64,000 nucleotides of DNA from NCBI RefSeq assembly GCF_009834535.1, contig NC_045697.1, forward strand, positions 37,202,001 through 37,266,000, written 5' to 3'. The DNA is from Camelus ferus. Lineage: Eukaryota. This document shows, in pieces, positions 51,432 through 64,000 of the stretch (position 1 is its first letter; every line of letters begins with the position of its first letter). A program made the position numbers and the translations under genes. The notes beneath the pieces are model-generated. The model saw only the letters and a list, made by a program, of their open reading frames with translations, was not told the DNA's origin and ran no database searches.

Positions 51432-52740
51432 CAAAGTGGAGCATGAGCCACTGGGACATCTAGCTTCTCTATCTCTACATTTATTTTTTGTCCAAAAACA
51501 AAACATGTATTATGCAGTAAACATGTCACTGGCACCCTCAGTTTGAATGTCAAACGGGCACTTGTCACACACAGCATGGGAGACACCCCATAGGTGGAGA
51601 GCAGGTATCCAAGGCAGAGGGTTGGCCATGGTGCCCTCTTTCTTCCATCCTCTTTAGCTCCCGAGAGTAAACTGTTCACACTGCCTGGTTGCTATGTGGT
51701 CCTAGACAGGAGACTCAGCAGTCCTTTCTATTGAGATGGATGAAAATGTTTTGAACCACCAGAGTTGCACATGTTGTCTTATGAAAAAGTTCTGAACAGA
51801 CTTGTCAAACTTAAAGATGAGTTCCACATTTTCTTTTATAAGAACAAAGTGTTTCATATTTCAGACCTTTACTAGGATGACAAATAATACCAAGTAGATA
51901 TTTTTGAGAAAATAAACACTTCATCTGTCCCCTCAAGGTAAAGATAACGTTTTAATCAGTCACAAAGTTTTTCTAAAGAAACTTATATATGAAAAGAGCA
52001 TTTTGAAAATGGTTTGAATTTTTCATCTGTTGGCACAGTGTAAGTGTGCTACATGTCAGCAGTCTTTAGAAGTTGAAAATATAATTTTTAACCTGTTTAA
52101 AGAGCTTCCAAACAAAGAGTTTCAGTGGGTTTTGAGCTGTTCGTTAAAAATGCTAACAGTATAAGGACAGCGCAAGATTATTTTGTAAGAACAACTGATA
52201 GACATCAAGGAAGATGAAAATTTCCCAGCCAAATTTCAACAAAATTTGCATAATTTACAAATGAGATTAAAAAAAAACTATCATGATGTATTAATTCCAG
52301 CCAACGGTGCATTTCTGCTTTTAGTCTCTGTGTCCCCTGGTGAGGAACTTTTTCAGTTTTGACAGTCTTGAAAACCAAGATTTGAACTCCTTTGCTCTAC
52401 TTTAGAATCAGCTAGAATCAGATCATCAAATTGTTTTCTCATAATGGATTAAACCAAGATTTACTGAACCACTGCTTTTGCTAAAAAGTATTCATTCTTT
52501 TTGATGAAAGCAAAATATTTTGCACTGTTAAAAAATAAAATTAAAATCAGTGTAAGAATACTATTTCATCTTTTATCTCTCTTTGCACATTTTCCTTTTG
52601 TTGTTGTTGTTTTTACTCTACAGAGCACACTGGCAGGGCAGTCCATGTAGGCAATTTATAAACAGATATAAATATATTGGCAGTGTGCTTAACATCTTTT
52701 TAATTAAAGCCATACAGCCAAAACAGAATTTGGGGAACCT
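51432..52740 (+). mobile_element. hAT-Charlie fossil (Charlie7-like) with decayed transposase
   Basis: ~51760-52020 shows remnants resembling KVL.RLV.LKDE.HIFL, DIFEKINT..LS.QGK and FLKKL...EHFENG, with many stops and frameshifts. Confidence 0.75.
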
Positions 52741-53827
52741 GTTATAATATTCCCTGCAGCTTTGAGACACGCAGTCAGTGAAAGGGAGTGGAGTCACCGA
52801 AGAGCATCAGGCAGCCCTCAGCCTTACGTACTCACCTGTATGAAGGCTGATTCTGTTTTATAGATTGAATCTAATTGTGTTTCGCTATCAGATTAGAAAC
52901 CAAGACCTCAGATCTCTCCCCAGTGGCCAGAGGCCCTCAGATTGCCCAAGGTAATCCCACAGGTTGACTGTGTCCGGGTCCCTCTCAGTAGGCGGCTGGG
53001 CTTGAGAAGGAAAACTCAGGAGGGTAGCCCCATTTCCTCCTAGACCCTCACCCTGGCTCCCTGAGCTGGTAGCGGTGACCCTAACCCTGCATTGCCCCAG
53101 CCCAGCTCAGTGTGGTCCCTGGCCATGTTCTCCCCCTGCCACTGTCAGCACAGATAATCCAGGTGTCCACAGAGGAATGAATCAGGAAGAATTAATCACC
53201 CCCTCACAGTTTCACAGCAGAAGGGGAAGATTGTCTAGAGCCTCACGGATCACGCGGAGCTGTTTGAACACGATCGGCTCTGGGCACACCGTCTGGAATT
53301 GGAGTCGTCTTCTCTCTCCCTCCTCTTTCCCCCCTTTCTCTGTGGGGTTTGGACGCCTCACCCTCCCAGGAGTCAACCCTCTCCACCCCGAGGCTTGTTT
53401 TGGGGCCTGATGACAGCAGGCGCTCATCTCCGCAGGCAACTAGCAAAACTGACTTTCTACCTGGAAGGCTTTCTTCGATCCATCCCCACTGAGGCCAGTG
53501 TAGGTGGTCTTTGAGTGTCTCAGTGCAGTTCACGAACGGAGCACCTGAGTGCTCAGGCCCGCTCGGAGGCCTTCGTTAACCTTGCAGTCTGCAGACACTT
53601 CCTGTCACATCAGCTGTTTTCCCTCTGGTTCCAGGACTTGTCCTCAGTTTACAGGGACCCTTTCCCAAGGCCCTGCCTCTCTGGACCCCTGTCTTCTTCC
53701 CCAATCTGGTTTTTTCCTTCCCACTTCTTTCTCCTGTCTCAGAAGAGCCTTAGGCTAAAAGGAATTTGTTCTTGGGGATAGTGGCAGTTGACTTAAAAGC
53801 ATGAAGAGCTTTTCCTATTTCTCTTTT

Positions 53828-53930
53828 ATTGTTTTCTCTTTTATATTTAATGGAGGTGCTGGGGATTGAACCCAGGACCTCGTGCATGCTCAGCATGCAC
53901 TCTACCACTGAGCTATTTCCCTCTGCAACT
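53828..53930 (-). mobile_element. tRNA-Ala-derived SINE (Vic-1-like)
   Basis: tggaggtgctggggattgaacccaggacctcgtgcatgctcagcatgcactctaccactgagcta. TSD ctatttctctttt / ctatttccctttt. Confidence 0.92.
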
Positions 53931-53959
53931 CTATTTCCCTTTTGAAAACAAATTCTTAG

Positions 53960-54205
53960 AGAATAAGCAAACCAAATATGAGGTGATAGAAGCCAGAAGA
54001 GAGGTCATGGCTGGGGGCTGGGGGTGGAAGGGACTGTCTTAGGAGCCAGGCGGGAATCTTCTAGGGAAATAGAAATGTTCTTTCACTCGACCTGGGTCAT
54101 CACAACACAGGTGCACCTATGCTAAAAATTCATGGAGATGTGCGCCCCAGATTTGTGCCCTTGACAGTGTGAAAATTATGTCAAATTTTAAAAGGAAAGT
54201 AAAAA
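53960..54205 (+). mobile_element. Old L1M (L1MD/ME-like) 3' end
   Basis: aagcaaaccaaa...gatagaagccagaa...gaaatgttct...aaaattcat...agatttgtgccctt. Confidence 0.75.
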
Positions 54206-54429
54206 TACAATAAGCTGTGTTCTTCAGGGTGTGGGTGTTCCAAAGCTGGGAAGGTGCTCAGACAGGAGGTGCATAAAGTCACATGGACCTGTCAGCACCG
54301 AGCAGGCACCTTACTTCCTACCTGACACACCCCCGCCCAGGTTTGCTGGGCTCCATGGAAATTGCTGGATGGACTCAGCTGAGACTGACCCCGAGCAGAG
54401 CCCAGAATTTGAAATATTCGTTCTGAACA

Positions 54430-54600
54430 CGATTGTAAACCAGACAATGCCCACTGCTCTATGCACAGGATCTCATTTAATCCCCACAATAATCCTGTGG
54501 TGGGGGGTGTTGTGCCCATTACACAGATGAGGAACCTGAACCCCCACGGCTGGGTAGGTGGTCCCGGGTCACAGAGGTCATCATGGAACAAGCTGATGCC
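54430..54600 (-). mobile_element. MIR SINE
   Basis: atctcatttaatccccacaataatcctgtg...cccattacacagatgaggaacctga. Confidence 0.85.
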
Positions 54601-55134
54601 CTCTTCACAACCCCACAGCACTGGCCTCTCAATTAGAATGTCCTTTGTGGATAATTTTTTTTTTCCATTCCAAAAAGTGACTCTTTTTCTTTGCTGATTG
54701 GGTGTTTCATTCCTTATGCTCTATTGTGACGACAGAAAAGTGACATCTTGAGTGACCACGGGTTCCCTGAGAAACGTTGCTCTGGGGACTTTGCCCTTCT
54801 CACCAATGAAGAAAAACGGAATTTAAAAGTCTCTAATTTAGTGTCCAAGACAGGAGTCTTGCCCTGCAGTGGCTCCCCTCCAGTTCTCTGCAGCAGTTGG
54901 CAGCCAGCACCTGAGGATTTTCCTCGGCATTTCTGATCCCTTGGGAGAGGACGCTTTAACTTTTTAAGGTGTAATTGAATAGGGGTGAACCCAAACCTTC
55001 TCAGAGTGATCTACACTGGCGCCTTTATGTAGCTGCTCTTCAGGTGCTGCGGTGTTTGCACCCTGCACACAGATCAGCAGGGTCCATCCTGTTCTCCCTG
55101 TGAGCAGAATGTGATGCTCTGAATCATCAGGGAG

Positions 55135-55855
55135 TCTCTGGTATATTGGGTAGAGCACAGCTGTGGCATCCTAGAGCTTGTTCTGTATCCTGCTCTGCCT
55201 CTTGGTATTCTTGAGTCCTTAAGCAAATTCCTTAACCTCTCTGAGCCTCATTTCCCTCATTTGTAAAATGAAGATGGTTACTGAAACAAACAATAACAAT
55301 GCAGTTGTCCCGCCATATCCTTGGGGGATGGGTTCCCCCCCACCTCTCCCTGCATAAACAAAGATCTCAGGTGCTCAAGTCCCAGAGTTGGCCCTCCATA
55401 TCCGCGATTCCTCATCCAAAGAGGGTTCAACCAACCGTGGCTCATGTAGTGCTGTACGTACTTATTGAAAAAAACCTGCCTTTAAGTGAACCAGAACAGT
55501 TCTAACCTATGTTGTTCAAGGGCCAACTGTACTCGTAATTCTGTTCTATGTGCCTGTTTTTTTGTGCCGAGCACTTTCCATACCCAGAGTCATTTACAAC
55601 ATTCTTACAGCCACTGTATGAACTCAGAATCACTGATATCCTCTGTTCACAGATTAACAAACTGAGGCACACGTGCATATTAAGTTGTGGAGTCAGGATT
55701 TAATTTGATCTGCCTGATCCGGAGCCTAATGTCCTAACTCCCATGCTTCTTCTATTCCCACTGCAGAATGTCGCTGTGAGGCATTTTTAATATTCGTGGC
55801 AGCACTTTGTAAACAATTAAGTGAAATAAAAATATTAATACCATTATTATTATTT
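55135..55855. mobile_element. Nested MIR(+) / MIR(-) cluster
   Basis: MIR(+) 5' half to ~55280 (cttaacctctctgagcctcatttccctcatttgtaaaatg), MIR(-) ~55285-55750 (aaactgaggcac), and MIR(+)-like 3' end ~55760-55855. Confidence 0.65.
55302..55529. mobile_element. Tigger2/MER8-like MITE
   Basis: cagttgtccc...ggtgctcaagtccc...ttggccctccatatccgcg...tgttgttcaagggccaactg + TA. Confidence 0.85.
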
Positions 55856-56902
55856 TAATTACATGCAAGGAGAGTTAGAAATAAGAGACACAGTCCATGC
55901 CTTTGAGAAATGTAGAGACTTAAAGTTTAGAAAACACACACATACACACACACCAAAATATAAACTAAAAATGCCCAACTGTGTCAAGCACACAACCAAC
56001 AAAAACTGTGCAGGGAAATAGCACACGTGCCCAGAGGATGCTGGAATCTCTAGAGCATCTGGAGCCAGATGGCTCTTGTGGGAAGATACCTCCCAGGAGT
56101 AGGCTGCTGTCTAACCGAGGGGAGAGAAGCACTCCGGGTTACAGGTAACTCCTGCTACACTCCAGGGGGATCTGGGCTTGGAGCCAACAGCACAGGCTGC
56201 CTGGGTAAGGAAGAGAACAAAAGTCAAGTGTGGCGCTTAGGGAGAGGCGGCAGAGAGGTGAGAGAGGTACTTGCCAGGGGCCTGTGAGACCACGTTATCT
56301 AAGGCCCTAGTTGGATTTGCAACCCTGTAATGAGCCACTGGGAGTGTCTAACAAGAGGCGTGATGGGGTTCAAAATACATCAGAGGAAGGCACACCGAAA
56401 AGGCTGGTGAAGAAAACAGCCCAAGGCGAGGAGTGTGTTACTAATAATTCAGGGACAAGATGGACATGCTTCCAGAGAGGAAAGAAATCTGCAATGGTTT
56501 GGGGAACTCTTAAAGAAGAATCCCCTGCAGGAACGTGGCCCCTTGAAGTCTGGATGGACAGCCTTTCACAGCCAGCACAAGCACAGCCTTCCCGCTGCCT
56601 GGCTGCCCTGGCGTAGCAGGCATACCATGCATATTTGTTGCCTAACCAGAGGTACCGAAGGACAGAATGGATACAGGATGCAAGACAAAAAGAGTCACTA
56701 ATTACTACTGAGGGACCAGGATACTGGACACTGGAGGGACCAATGATGATGATGTAACAGTGAACGGGTGACATTCAGGAAAGAAATGATCTCAGGTAAA
56801 TTTGGAAGTGGCAGATATATCTGGAGAGTCTTGGCTAGAAACAAGATACATGGTTCAGATAATGTGAGAAAGCAGGACTAGACATCTTTGGTGGACAAGT
56901 TG

Positions 56903-57330
56903 GTATTGGTTAAGATTCTAGTTTTCAAGCAACAGAAACTTATATTAGCTGATTTAGATAGAAGCTAATTTACTGAAATGATAGTTCTAAATCACCAAGT
57001 CACTGGGGAGTTTGGAGCATCAGGCAAAGAACATCTTAGATTCCTGACCCTCTGGGTGCCGGGCATTGGGCATCCCCATTTACTCCCGTGGTACCGCTGC
57101 CCCTGTAGACAGGTTGATACTGCCACCCCCTCTACCCAGGAAGAAGCCTTCCCTCCCCTTGATTTCTGCATCACAGAATCCCAGGAGCTGCATCTAATGG
57201 GCAGAACCTAAGTCATTACCACATCCCAGCAGCAAGAGAAGCCAAGACAGTATGGGAGCCTCTATAGCAGGGAAGGGTCTTGCTTTTCCTAGGATGACTG
57301 TGGCGGGGAAGGTGGTTTAGACTCGGCAGC
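56903..57330 (-). mobile_element. Old MaLR LTR (MLT1K/L-like)
   Basis: gtattggttaagattc...caagcaacagaaac...agctgattta; gcatctaatgggcagaacctaagtca...gcagcaagaga. Confidence 0.65.
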
Positions 57331-57789
57331 CCACACCACACGTGTATTTCAGAAAGGCGAGGGGACAGTGGTGCAGTCAGAGCCGGCAGTGCCTGGGTTC
57401 GTCCCTCAAAAGAGTAGGGTAGGTGCTGCTGCGGTAGACCTGCCCTTCAATACTTGCAGACTCTCTCCCTTCAGCTTCAATCTAATGCCTGTAACTGAGA
57501 CATCTGTTTACAATAAGAGACTGTTCCACTTTAAAATGCAAATATCCCTGGAAAGAAATACACATCACTTTGTTGTCACTTTTAAATTTTGGTGCATTCA
57601 CTTTCAGGGCTGAGGGTTAGAAGCTGGCCCAGAAGGTTGGCAGGGCTCCAGACCAAATATAAATCCCTTGTAAAGATTTGTAGCCAGTCTTGCTTGGGGT
57701 TCCCCCTACCTTCTGCCACAATGCTCCACTATCAGGTTTTTTTTAACTCAGGGGCTCTCAGGAGCCTGATCAATTTGTGACAACACGAC

Positions 57790-58030
57790 CAGCATGGTAA
57801 GTGCTTTGATGAGACAGAAATGATGGAGTGGAGAGAAAAGGAGTTTCGTTTTTTTGTGTTGCTCCTCCCATGCATGACGCCCCGAGGATGGGGCTCGATT
57901 CCCATTTCCAGATGCTGATCCTGGGGCTGGGGGATGTGATGTGCCCAAGGCCACACAGCTGGGATGGGGCAGAGATAGGTTTCAAAACCAGTTCTGTTGG
58001 TCTCCAAAGCCTGACAGCTGCCCCCACACT
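57790..58030 (-). mobile_element. MIR SINE
   Basis: cccatttccagatg...tgcccaaggccacacagct...ggggcagag..aggtttcaaaaccag..ctgt...ctccaaagcct. Confidence 0.85.
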
Positions 58031-58239
58031 ATGTTATCTCCCCACGAAAGGAGAGGGGACCTGAGTACCAAAGAGTGGGGGGAATGCGCACCTGCGGTCC
58101 CATGGATGAAAGCTGTCTGGGGGTATCCCGGGACTGATGTGCTGGATTTCTCTGGGGGACGGTTTGCAGGAAGAAGGGGGAGAGAAAGCCACACCAGAAA
58201 ACTAACTCCTGCTTTGTGACGTCACCAGCACACAGACGC

Positions 58240-58470
58240 TTTTCTCAGGCACCTTTTGTTTGCAAATAACAGAGACCCAACTCAACTGATGGAAATGGAA
58301 ATCGCTGGGTCATGAGTATAGAAAATGTGCTAAGAGTTCTCTTAATCTCTCCTTGCCTCTCAGCTTAGCTTTCCTCTGTCCACCTCAGTGCCAGGCAGCC
58401 TGTCCCCGTGTGGTGGCAGAGCTGGCCAGCCACAGTTCTAGACTCAGTTTTCACCAGCCAATCACTCCCT
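58240..58470 (-). mobile_element. Old MaLR LTR fragment (MLT1J/K-like)
   Basis: ttgcaaataacagagacccaactcaactg...ctcagcttagctttcctctgt...tggtggca...tggccagccacagttcta. Confidence 0.6.
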
Positions 58471-58664
58471 GCACCACCAGCTGAAACAGCAGGTCTCTAA
58501 GGGCTGCAGGTGTCTGGATTGTGCAGACCTGGCGTTCACGCCTGCCTCTGCAACCAAAGATTCATCACTTCATCTTCCTGCGGAACCTGAAAACGGCCCC
58601 CCACAGGAGCACCGAAGGGCTGGCACTGCAGGCAGGGACGCTGGAGAGGCCAAGCTACCAAAAC

Positions 58665-58822
58665 CCACTAGGATGTAAGCTTCATAAAGACAGGGAGTTG
58701 ATTTTTGTCTTGTTTTTAATTTGCTTTTTTCACTGATGGCTCCCCAGGTCTTCAAACAGGGCTGAGCACATGGTCAGCAAACTCGATAAACACTCATTGA
58801 ACAAATGATGGAATAACTGAAT
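58665..58822 (+). mobile_element. L2 3' end
   Basis: ccactaggatgtaagcttcataaagacaggga...ttcactgat..tccccagg...cagggctgagcacatgg...ataaac...ttgaa..aatga. Confidence 0.8.
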
Positions 58823-60334
58823 AAACGTCCTTACAGACCATGATGCCAGGCGATGTGAGAGTGGGCACACTGTGCTTACGGATGAGCGTGGAGAGCAGAA
58901 CCTCTGGTCCTTCAGCTGAGTCATGTGTCGGTGAACGAACGTGTCACTGCAGTGTTGGTGTTCAGAGCATGTCAATCACAGAGCTAAATGGAGGCCTGGA
59001 GCGCCAGGTTCTAATAAGAGCAGAGCTTTACAGTCTGGCGGCTCCCAGTCCTCCTCGTGTGAAGGATGATGTGTCCCTTTCTCTTACAGGGTTGTGTCTA
59101 CAAGATCGATGTGCCTCAGGCTTTGCTGCCCTTTCTCCGCATGTTCCCCATGCGAAGCAGAAAGCCAGGGTGGTGATACCACTCACTTAGAATTCATGGC
59201 ACTGGTCTGGTGGGAGCCTAGGAGGTGGCATTCCAGAATAACCAGTCGATTGCTGTTAATCAAGCCTTACTTTCTCTCTCATCAACATGCTATCCCAGTG
59301 CCCCAGAATTTACTTTGGGGCTCACAGGTACCTCAAATCCCCCAAATTACCCCCCACTCTCATTAGTCCCATTCGATTTTCCCTGGCATGTTGGACTTTT
59401 TGCACCAAAAAGGATGTGCTCAGTCAGCTTGTCTCAGTCAAACTTGAATTCCTCCTTAAAAAAAAAAAAAAAAGCTGCATAGACGTCGGATCTGGAAACA
59501 CTTTCAGAGACAAAAACAAAAACAACCTTCAGAAAAATCACTGCAATATAGTGCCTAGTTAATATGCACCCAGTGTATTTTGCCTTTGTAGAAACAGCTT
59601 AATTTGTTGTAACGTGATGCAGCTATTAGCATTTGCTGTGCCCCTCCCCACCCCGGCAACCCCCTCCCCGCCACCGCCTCCTCCTCCTCCTTCTAGTTAA
59701 TTCTGAGTAGAGATAAATCTTAAAACAGACTTGGAGGGCACAGCAGGGGCTCTGCAAAGTCATTTGGGTTTCGCTTTCACAGTGCCCCTTTGCTGTTTTC
59801 TGGGCAATTAGAATTGATATAAGAAGATAAAATGTTACTGAAGTGACTCATGAGCAGTCTAGACCCTGGATGAGAGGAATACTTAGTTCCTGACAAGGGG
59901 TTCCTTGGGCCCCCGTGGGGTTGACAAAACATCTCTCTTGCCCCAGTAACTGTCCTGAACACCACAGAAGGGCAGGTCAAAGACCCACACTCGGTGGGCT
60001 GTCAGTCCTCTAACTCTTACTGCAAGCATTCCAGAGAAGTAGACAAGCTTCCGAACTGTCTGCTCCTAAGCTGGAAACAAAGACTCCAGGAGTTGAACAA
60101 TTCCTCCGGCACCACATCTGAGTCAGTGACAGAAGCTGAGTTTCACCACCTCAAAAACATGACAGTGTTGCACAGTGTTAACCCTCATGCCCCCCATATC
60201 CCTCCCTTGGTGTTGAGGTTTTGATCCTTGGCATTTTCTTCCTTGATCCAGGGAGTCACGTCCACTGTTAGTTTGCTGTTGTTACTGCTCTCCTTTTGAC
60301 CTTCACGTGCCTTCTGCCACCCCATATTTCACTG

Positions 60335-60492
60335 ACTGTAAGAACCCATCCATTATAAGATGAACCACTATTTTATGTAATGCTAAGAAAGAAGAAATGC
60401 TGTCAATTAAAGACAACATGGCATTGATTGTGATTTCAGAGATGTTAACATGTGGGGAGAAAAAAGTATCTTCTGGTCTTTAAAATGTAGTA
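60335..60492. mobile_element. TcMar-Tc2 MITE (MER104/Kanga-like)
   Basis: attataagatgaaccactattttatgta..ctaagaaagaa...tgatttcagagatgttaa.atgtg..gaaaaaa. Confidence 0.65.
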
Positions 60493-63083
60493 TGTTCATT
60501 GTCTGCCCAGATTCAGAACTTCAATCTTTTCTTCAGGATAGGGGTTTGGGAAAGCAGTTCTTTGTCGCCTCCAGCCTGGGGGTCCTACTGTGAGTTACCA
60601 ATCGGGTACTCTGCTTCTCTGGCTGCAGAGTGAGAGCGAGAAACCCAAGTAGGGCAGAGCAGGGGACCGCCCTGGGACTTTCAGTCTGAGAGTAAGAGAA
60701 GAGAGTGCTTCCTCTCCACTGGTAGAGAAGACACGGGCCCCGGAGGTCTGGGCAGCCAGCATGCCAGCCTGGTGGAGACATGTGCCGCTTGTAAAAGGAG
60801 CAGCTGAGACAGAGATGGAAGCGTCTAGACAGGGTGGAGCTGTTTGAAGGCTTTAGTCTCTAAGACTGGATGCAACAGCTCCAATAAATAAATTGCCTCT
60901 TTGCTCAATTTGCAGTGGAGTTTTGCCCCTTGCTACAAGAAGCCTCTTTTTTGAAGACACCAAGAGAGCAGCTAAAGCAGCAGTGCCCCTCCCTCCTTCC
61001 TTAGGCTGACTCACCTTGAACCCACTGTGTTGTGAAGACAGGGACAGGAACGACCAGCGTCCCCTGCTTCTACTTTGGGAGTTAAACTACTGTCCCCCAC
61101 GACCAGGGGCTATAAACACGAGGGTCCTGCCTGCTTCTTTACCAAGGAACTAGATTTGTTTTATTATTTTTTTTTTAATGTCGGTTTTCAATTTTTAAAG
61201 AAAGAGAAATCCAGAATACTCCCGGTGGCAGGAGTGGGGTAGGGAGAGGTCAAGGAAAAGAGCAAACACATCTTAAGAAAAAGAAAAAACAAACAAACAA
61301 AAATTTAAAAAGAACAACAATCTGACTTTCTTTCCTAACATCCCTTTTATTTTATTCCTGACTCTTTTTTTCCCCCAAAACTTGAGGGGTGGGAGAGGTA
61401 GGCAGGGGTTGAAAATTATGAATGGACTTCTCAGGAATTGTAGAAATGAAAATGTGGGTAAACAAAGCCCATCAGAACCCAGAGTTGTGTTCAGACAGTG
61501 ATGCTCCCAGGTTACTGAGGCTTGCCAATGAATAATTTTCAAAAACGGTTCTGTGTAAACCTGTAAAAACCAACAGGGAACTACACTAATCCACTTCCCC
61601 TGTTTTAACTCTTCAAGTGTTCCCAGGGCCTCTGATTTTCTATTGCAGAGAAAGGTAAGTGGAAAATTGCTTTTGAGGTTTCTTTTGTACAGTAATAATC
61701 TTGGGCAGGACCCACCTTGCCGTGTCCTCGCGTGCACCTTGTAAATTGATTTCAGACTGCTCCCTTATTCAAAAACCCCATTCCCTTGGAAACCAGAAAG
61801 AAAATGAATAGTGGTAGAAAGCCCATTTTATTAGTATTAAGATCAAAACCTTCATTACACAAATATGTTTGACCTTCAGTGCCTTTTAAGTCAGAAATAC
61901 ACATTATGACTTAGTGTTAATCTCACATTTCTGCAATATTTTCCACTCAGATGGATCTCAAAGTTGTAGAGTTGTCTAACCCTTAATAGCAAACAAGCAA
62001 ACAAAAAAAAAAACACTTCTTCCTCCTGCACCCAAGAATTTTATTACCCTTCCCCCTCTTTTGGGGGGGGGAAGTAATACTTCTGAATAGTTTTCTGAAA
62101 GTTTCTTAACTTTTTACATGGAGAAACGTTGAGTAGAGGTAATATTATTACCTTATGGGCCTTTGATCAGAGTTTTTCCCCCAAAGAATGCCTTTTTGTT
62201 GGAAAATACTGAATGAGAGAAAAGTATAGCCTTCCTCAAAGTGATCATTTTAGTATTATGCATCCATTGAGCCAGTCGGCTACCCATTTTCTTTCCAGAG
62301 GGGAGAAAGAAAAGAAATTTTAAATATAATCACCACGTATCACAATATCACCAGCTTGTGAAATTATCTGAACAATAACTATTTTTAATCTGATTCATTA
62401 GTGAAAATATTCACTCCACTAAAATATGAGCAGGAAATGCTCAAACACCTTTGTGGTTTCTGCAGTATCACCCTTCTCGCTCCCTGTTTCTATCTTTACA
62501 TCTGGAGTCACTGAAGCCCTCCACAGGCCACTTCAACCTAGTTCAGTTTCTCAGCTACTTTGTAGAGTCACTCACCCTCATTCCAGTCCCAGTGTAGGCC
62601 AGTGAGGCTGGGATGGACCTCATCCACGGGCTTACACTCCCAGGTGCCCATGAGTAGCAGAGCACCCCCAGCCTCCCTTTCCGGTGTGGGCCAGAGGCCT
62701 GGCCTGCCTCCATTGCCCTCCAAGTCCCTGTTAGGACTGTAACCTCTATCTACTTGACGGGTTCTTACCAGTCTCCAAGGGTGAGCTCTCAAACATCTGG
62801 TTTTCTTGCCTTCACACCATCTCTTATCCCTTCCTCTGATGCCATTCATTTAAATTTTGGTGAGCTACCCTCTGCCATGTTCATAGATCATGTGGTCTGG
62901 GTAGATGTGACGTCTCAGCCCCAGCCCCAGCCCCAGCAGTTAACAAATAGCCCAAACCTGGCCAATTGGTGTATTTAATGCTTTGACCAGTTCACAGATG
63001 AGCAAATGACACAAGCTGGTCCAATGAAAATCAATCATGGGAGTTGGATTAAAATCATTGGATAGGAGAGGCCCTTTCCACTA

Positions 63084-63292
63084 CACCATTTCTCAGCCAT
63101 GACTCTACTGACATATAGGTTATTCTTTGTTGTGGGGGGCTGTCCTAATCATTATAAAATGTTTAACAGCATCCCTGGATTGAACCTACTAGTTGCTAAT
63201 AGCAGCTTTCCCATCTCCGTTTGTGATCATCTAAAATGTCTCCCTCTCCAGGGGGAGAGGGGAACAAAACTTCCCACAGTTGAGAACCACTT
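63084..63292. mobile_element. hAT-Charlie MITE MER20
   Basis: attctttgttgtggggggctgtcct...atgtttaacagcatccctgg...aaaatgtctcc...gttgagaaccact. Confidence 0.9.
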
Positions 63293-63489
63293 CACTAGAA
63301 TGAAACTGTGAGATGTGTCCCTGAAAGTGCCGGGGGACTTTATAGGAAGAAAATCTGCCTGATGGTGATGCCAACATATAGGAAGGTAGAGCCAAGAGAA
63401 GACACAGACCAAGACCAAACGACATGCTTTATGCTTTTAAGTTTTTTGTGCCCCTGTGCATTAAGCTAGCCCCACTCATTTTTGGGACT

Positions 63490-64000
63490 GAGGATGGGAT
63501 AAAAATGTCTGCTCTCACCATTTCTATTCAACATTGTAGGTCCTCACCAAGGTCATCATGCAAGAACTACAAGTAAAAGACACAGAGATTGGAAAGAAAA
63601 ACTGTTTTTAATAAAGGACAATATAACCTTCTAGAAAGAAGATAGAAAATTCCAAGAAATCTATTTTCAAAAACCCTATTAGAACTAATACATAAGTTTA
63701 TAGTAACGTTGCAGGACAAAAATCAATGTACAGATTCCAATTGTATTTCTAGACACTAGCAATGAGTAATTATACATTGCAATTTAAAGCCAGTACTATT
63801 TAAAACAGCATTGAGAATATGAAATTCTCAGGGATTAATTTAACAAAATACATGTAAGACCTGGAACCTGAAAATTAAAGGGGAGATATAAGAGATTCAT
63901 AGTTAGAAGACTAAAATTTGTTCAAATGTCAAATCTCTCCAAGTTAGTCTATAGATTCAATTTATCATAATCAAAAGCCAACAGTCTTTTTAAATAGAAA
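63490..64000 (+). mobile_element. Old L1M ORF2 (reverse transcriptase region) fragment, runs off the window
   Basis: ctctcaccatttctattcaacattgt (LSP.LFNIV), gattggaaagaa (IGK), gaaaattccaagaatct, ctattagaactaata (LLELI), aaaatcaatgtacag (KINVQ); frameshifted. Confidence 0.9.

Noticed and set aside
51760..52460. Domesticated hAT transposase (ZBED/Buster-like) gene
   Set aside because: Multiple stops and frameshifts with no long ORF; a fossil Charlie element.
62576..62727. Possible minus-strand exon (DLEGNGGRPGLW...WNE) bounded by ctcac / ctg
   Set aside because: Weak polypyrimidine tract, no recognisable homology and no partner exons.
129..63425. The short ORFs in the six-frame track as host genes
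   Set aside because: All are 60-154 aa, many start at non-ATG codons or overlap TEs and simple repeats, and none resembles a protein I recognise apart from L1 ORF2 remnants.
1..64000. CRISPR arrays, operons, rRNA or a CpG-island promoter
   Set aside because: This is mammalian repeat-rich DNA. I saw no regularly spaced repeats, rRNA similarity or sustained CpG-rich segment.

Overview
Mammalian (eutherian) non-coding genomic DNA, roughly 40% GC by eye, CpG-depleted and dense in old interspersed repeats (MIR, L2, MaLR/ERVL LTRs, hAT-Charlie, Tigger, old L1M). It also carries younger cetartiodactyl-type L1 3' ends and tRNA-Ala-derived SINEs resembling the camelid Vic-1 family, so a camel/alpaca/llama source is inferred. 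I recognise no host protein-coding exon; the only ORF-track peptides I can assign are L1 ORF2 remnants. The most notable structure is a ~700-bp inverted duplication (43921-~44615 vs ~45850-46525) of a composite L2/MIR/L2 segment. It has a ~90% identical core, ~70% identical flanks and a ~1.2-kb partly GC-rich spacer. Other observations are an L1 with an apparent 3' transduction inside a triple-nested insertion (26155-27200), a diverged ~160-bp local direct duplication (13558/14581), a tailless SINE, weak candidate non-coding exons and several repeat-free, motif-rich candidate enhancers. Repeat names come from recalled consensus sequences and identities from by-eye alignment; no database search was run.
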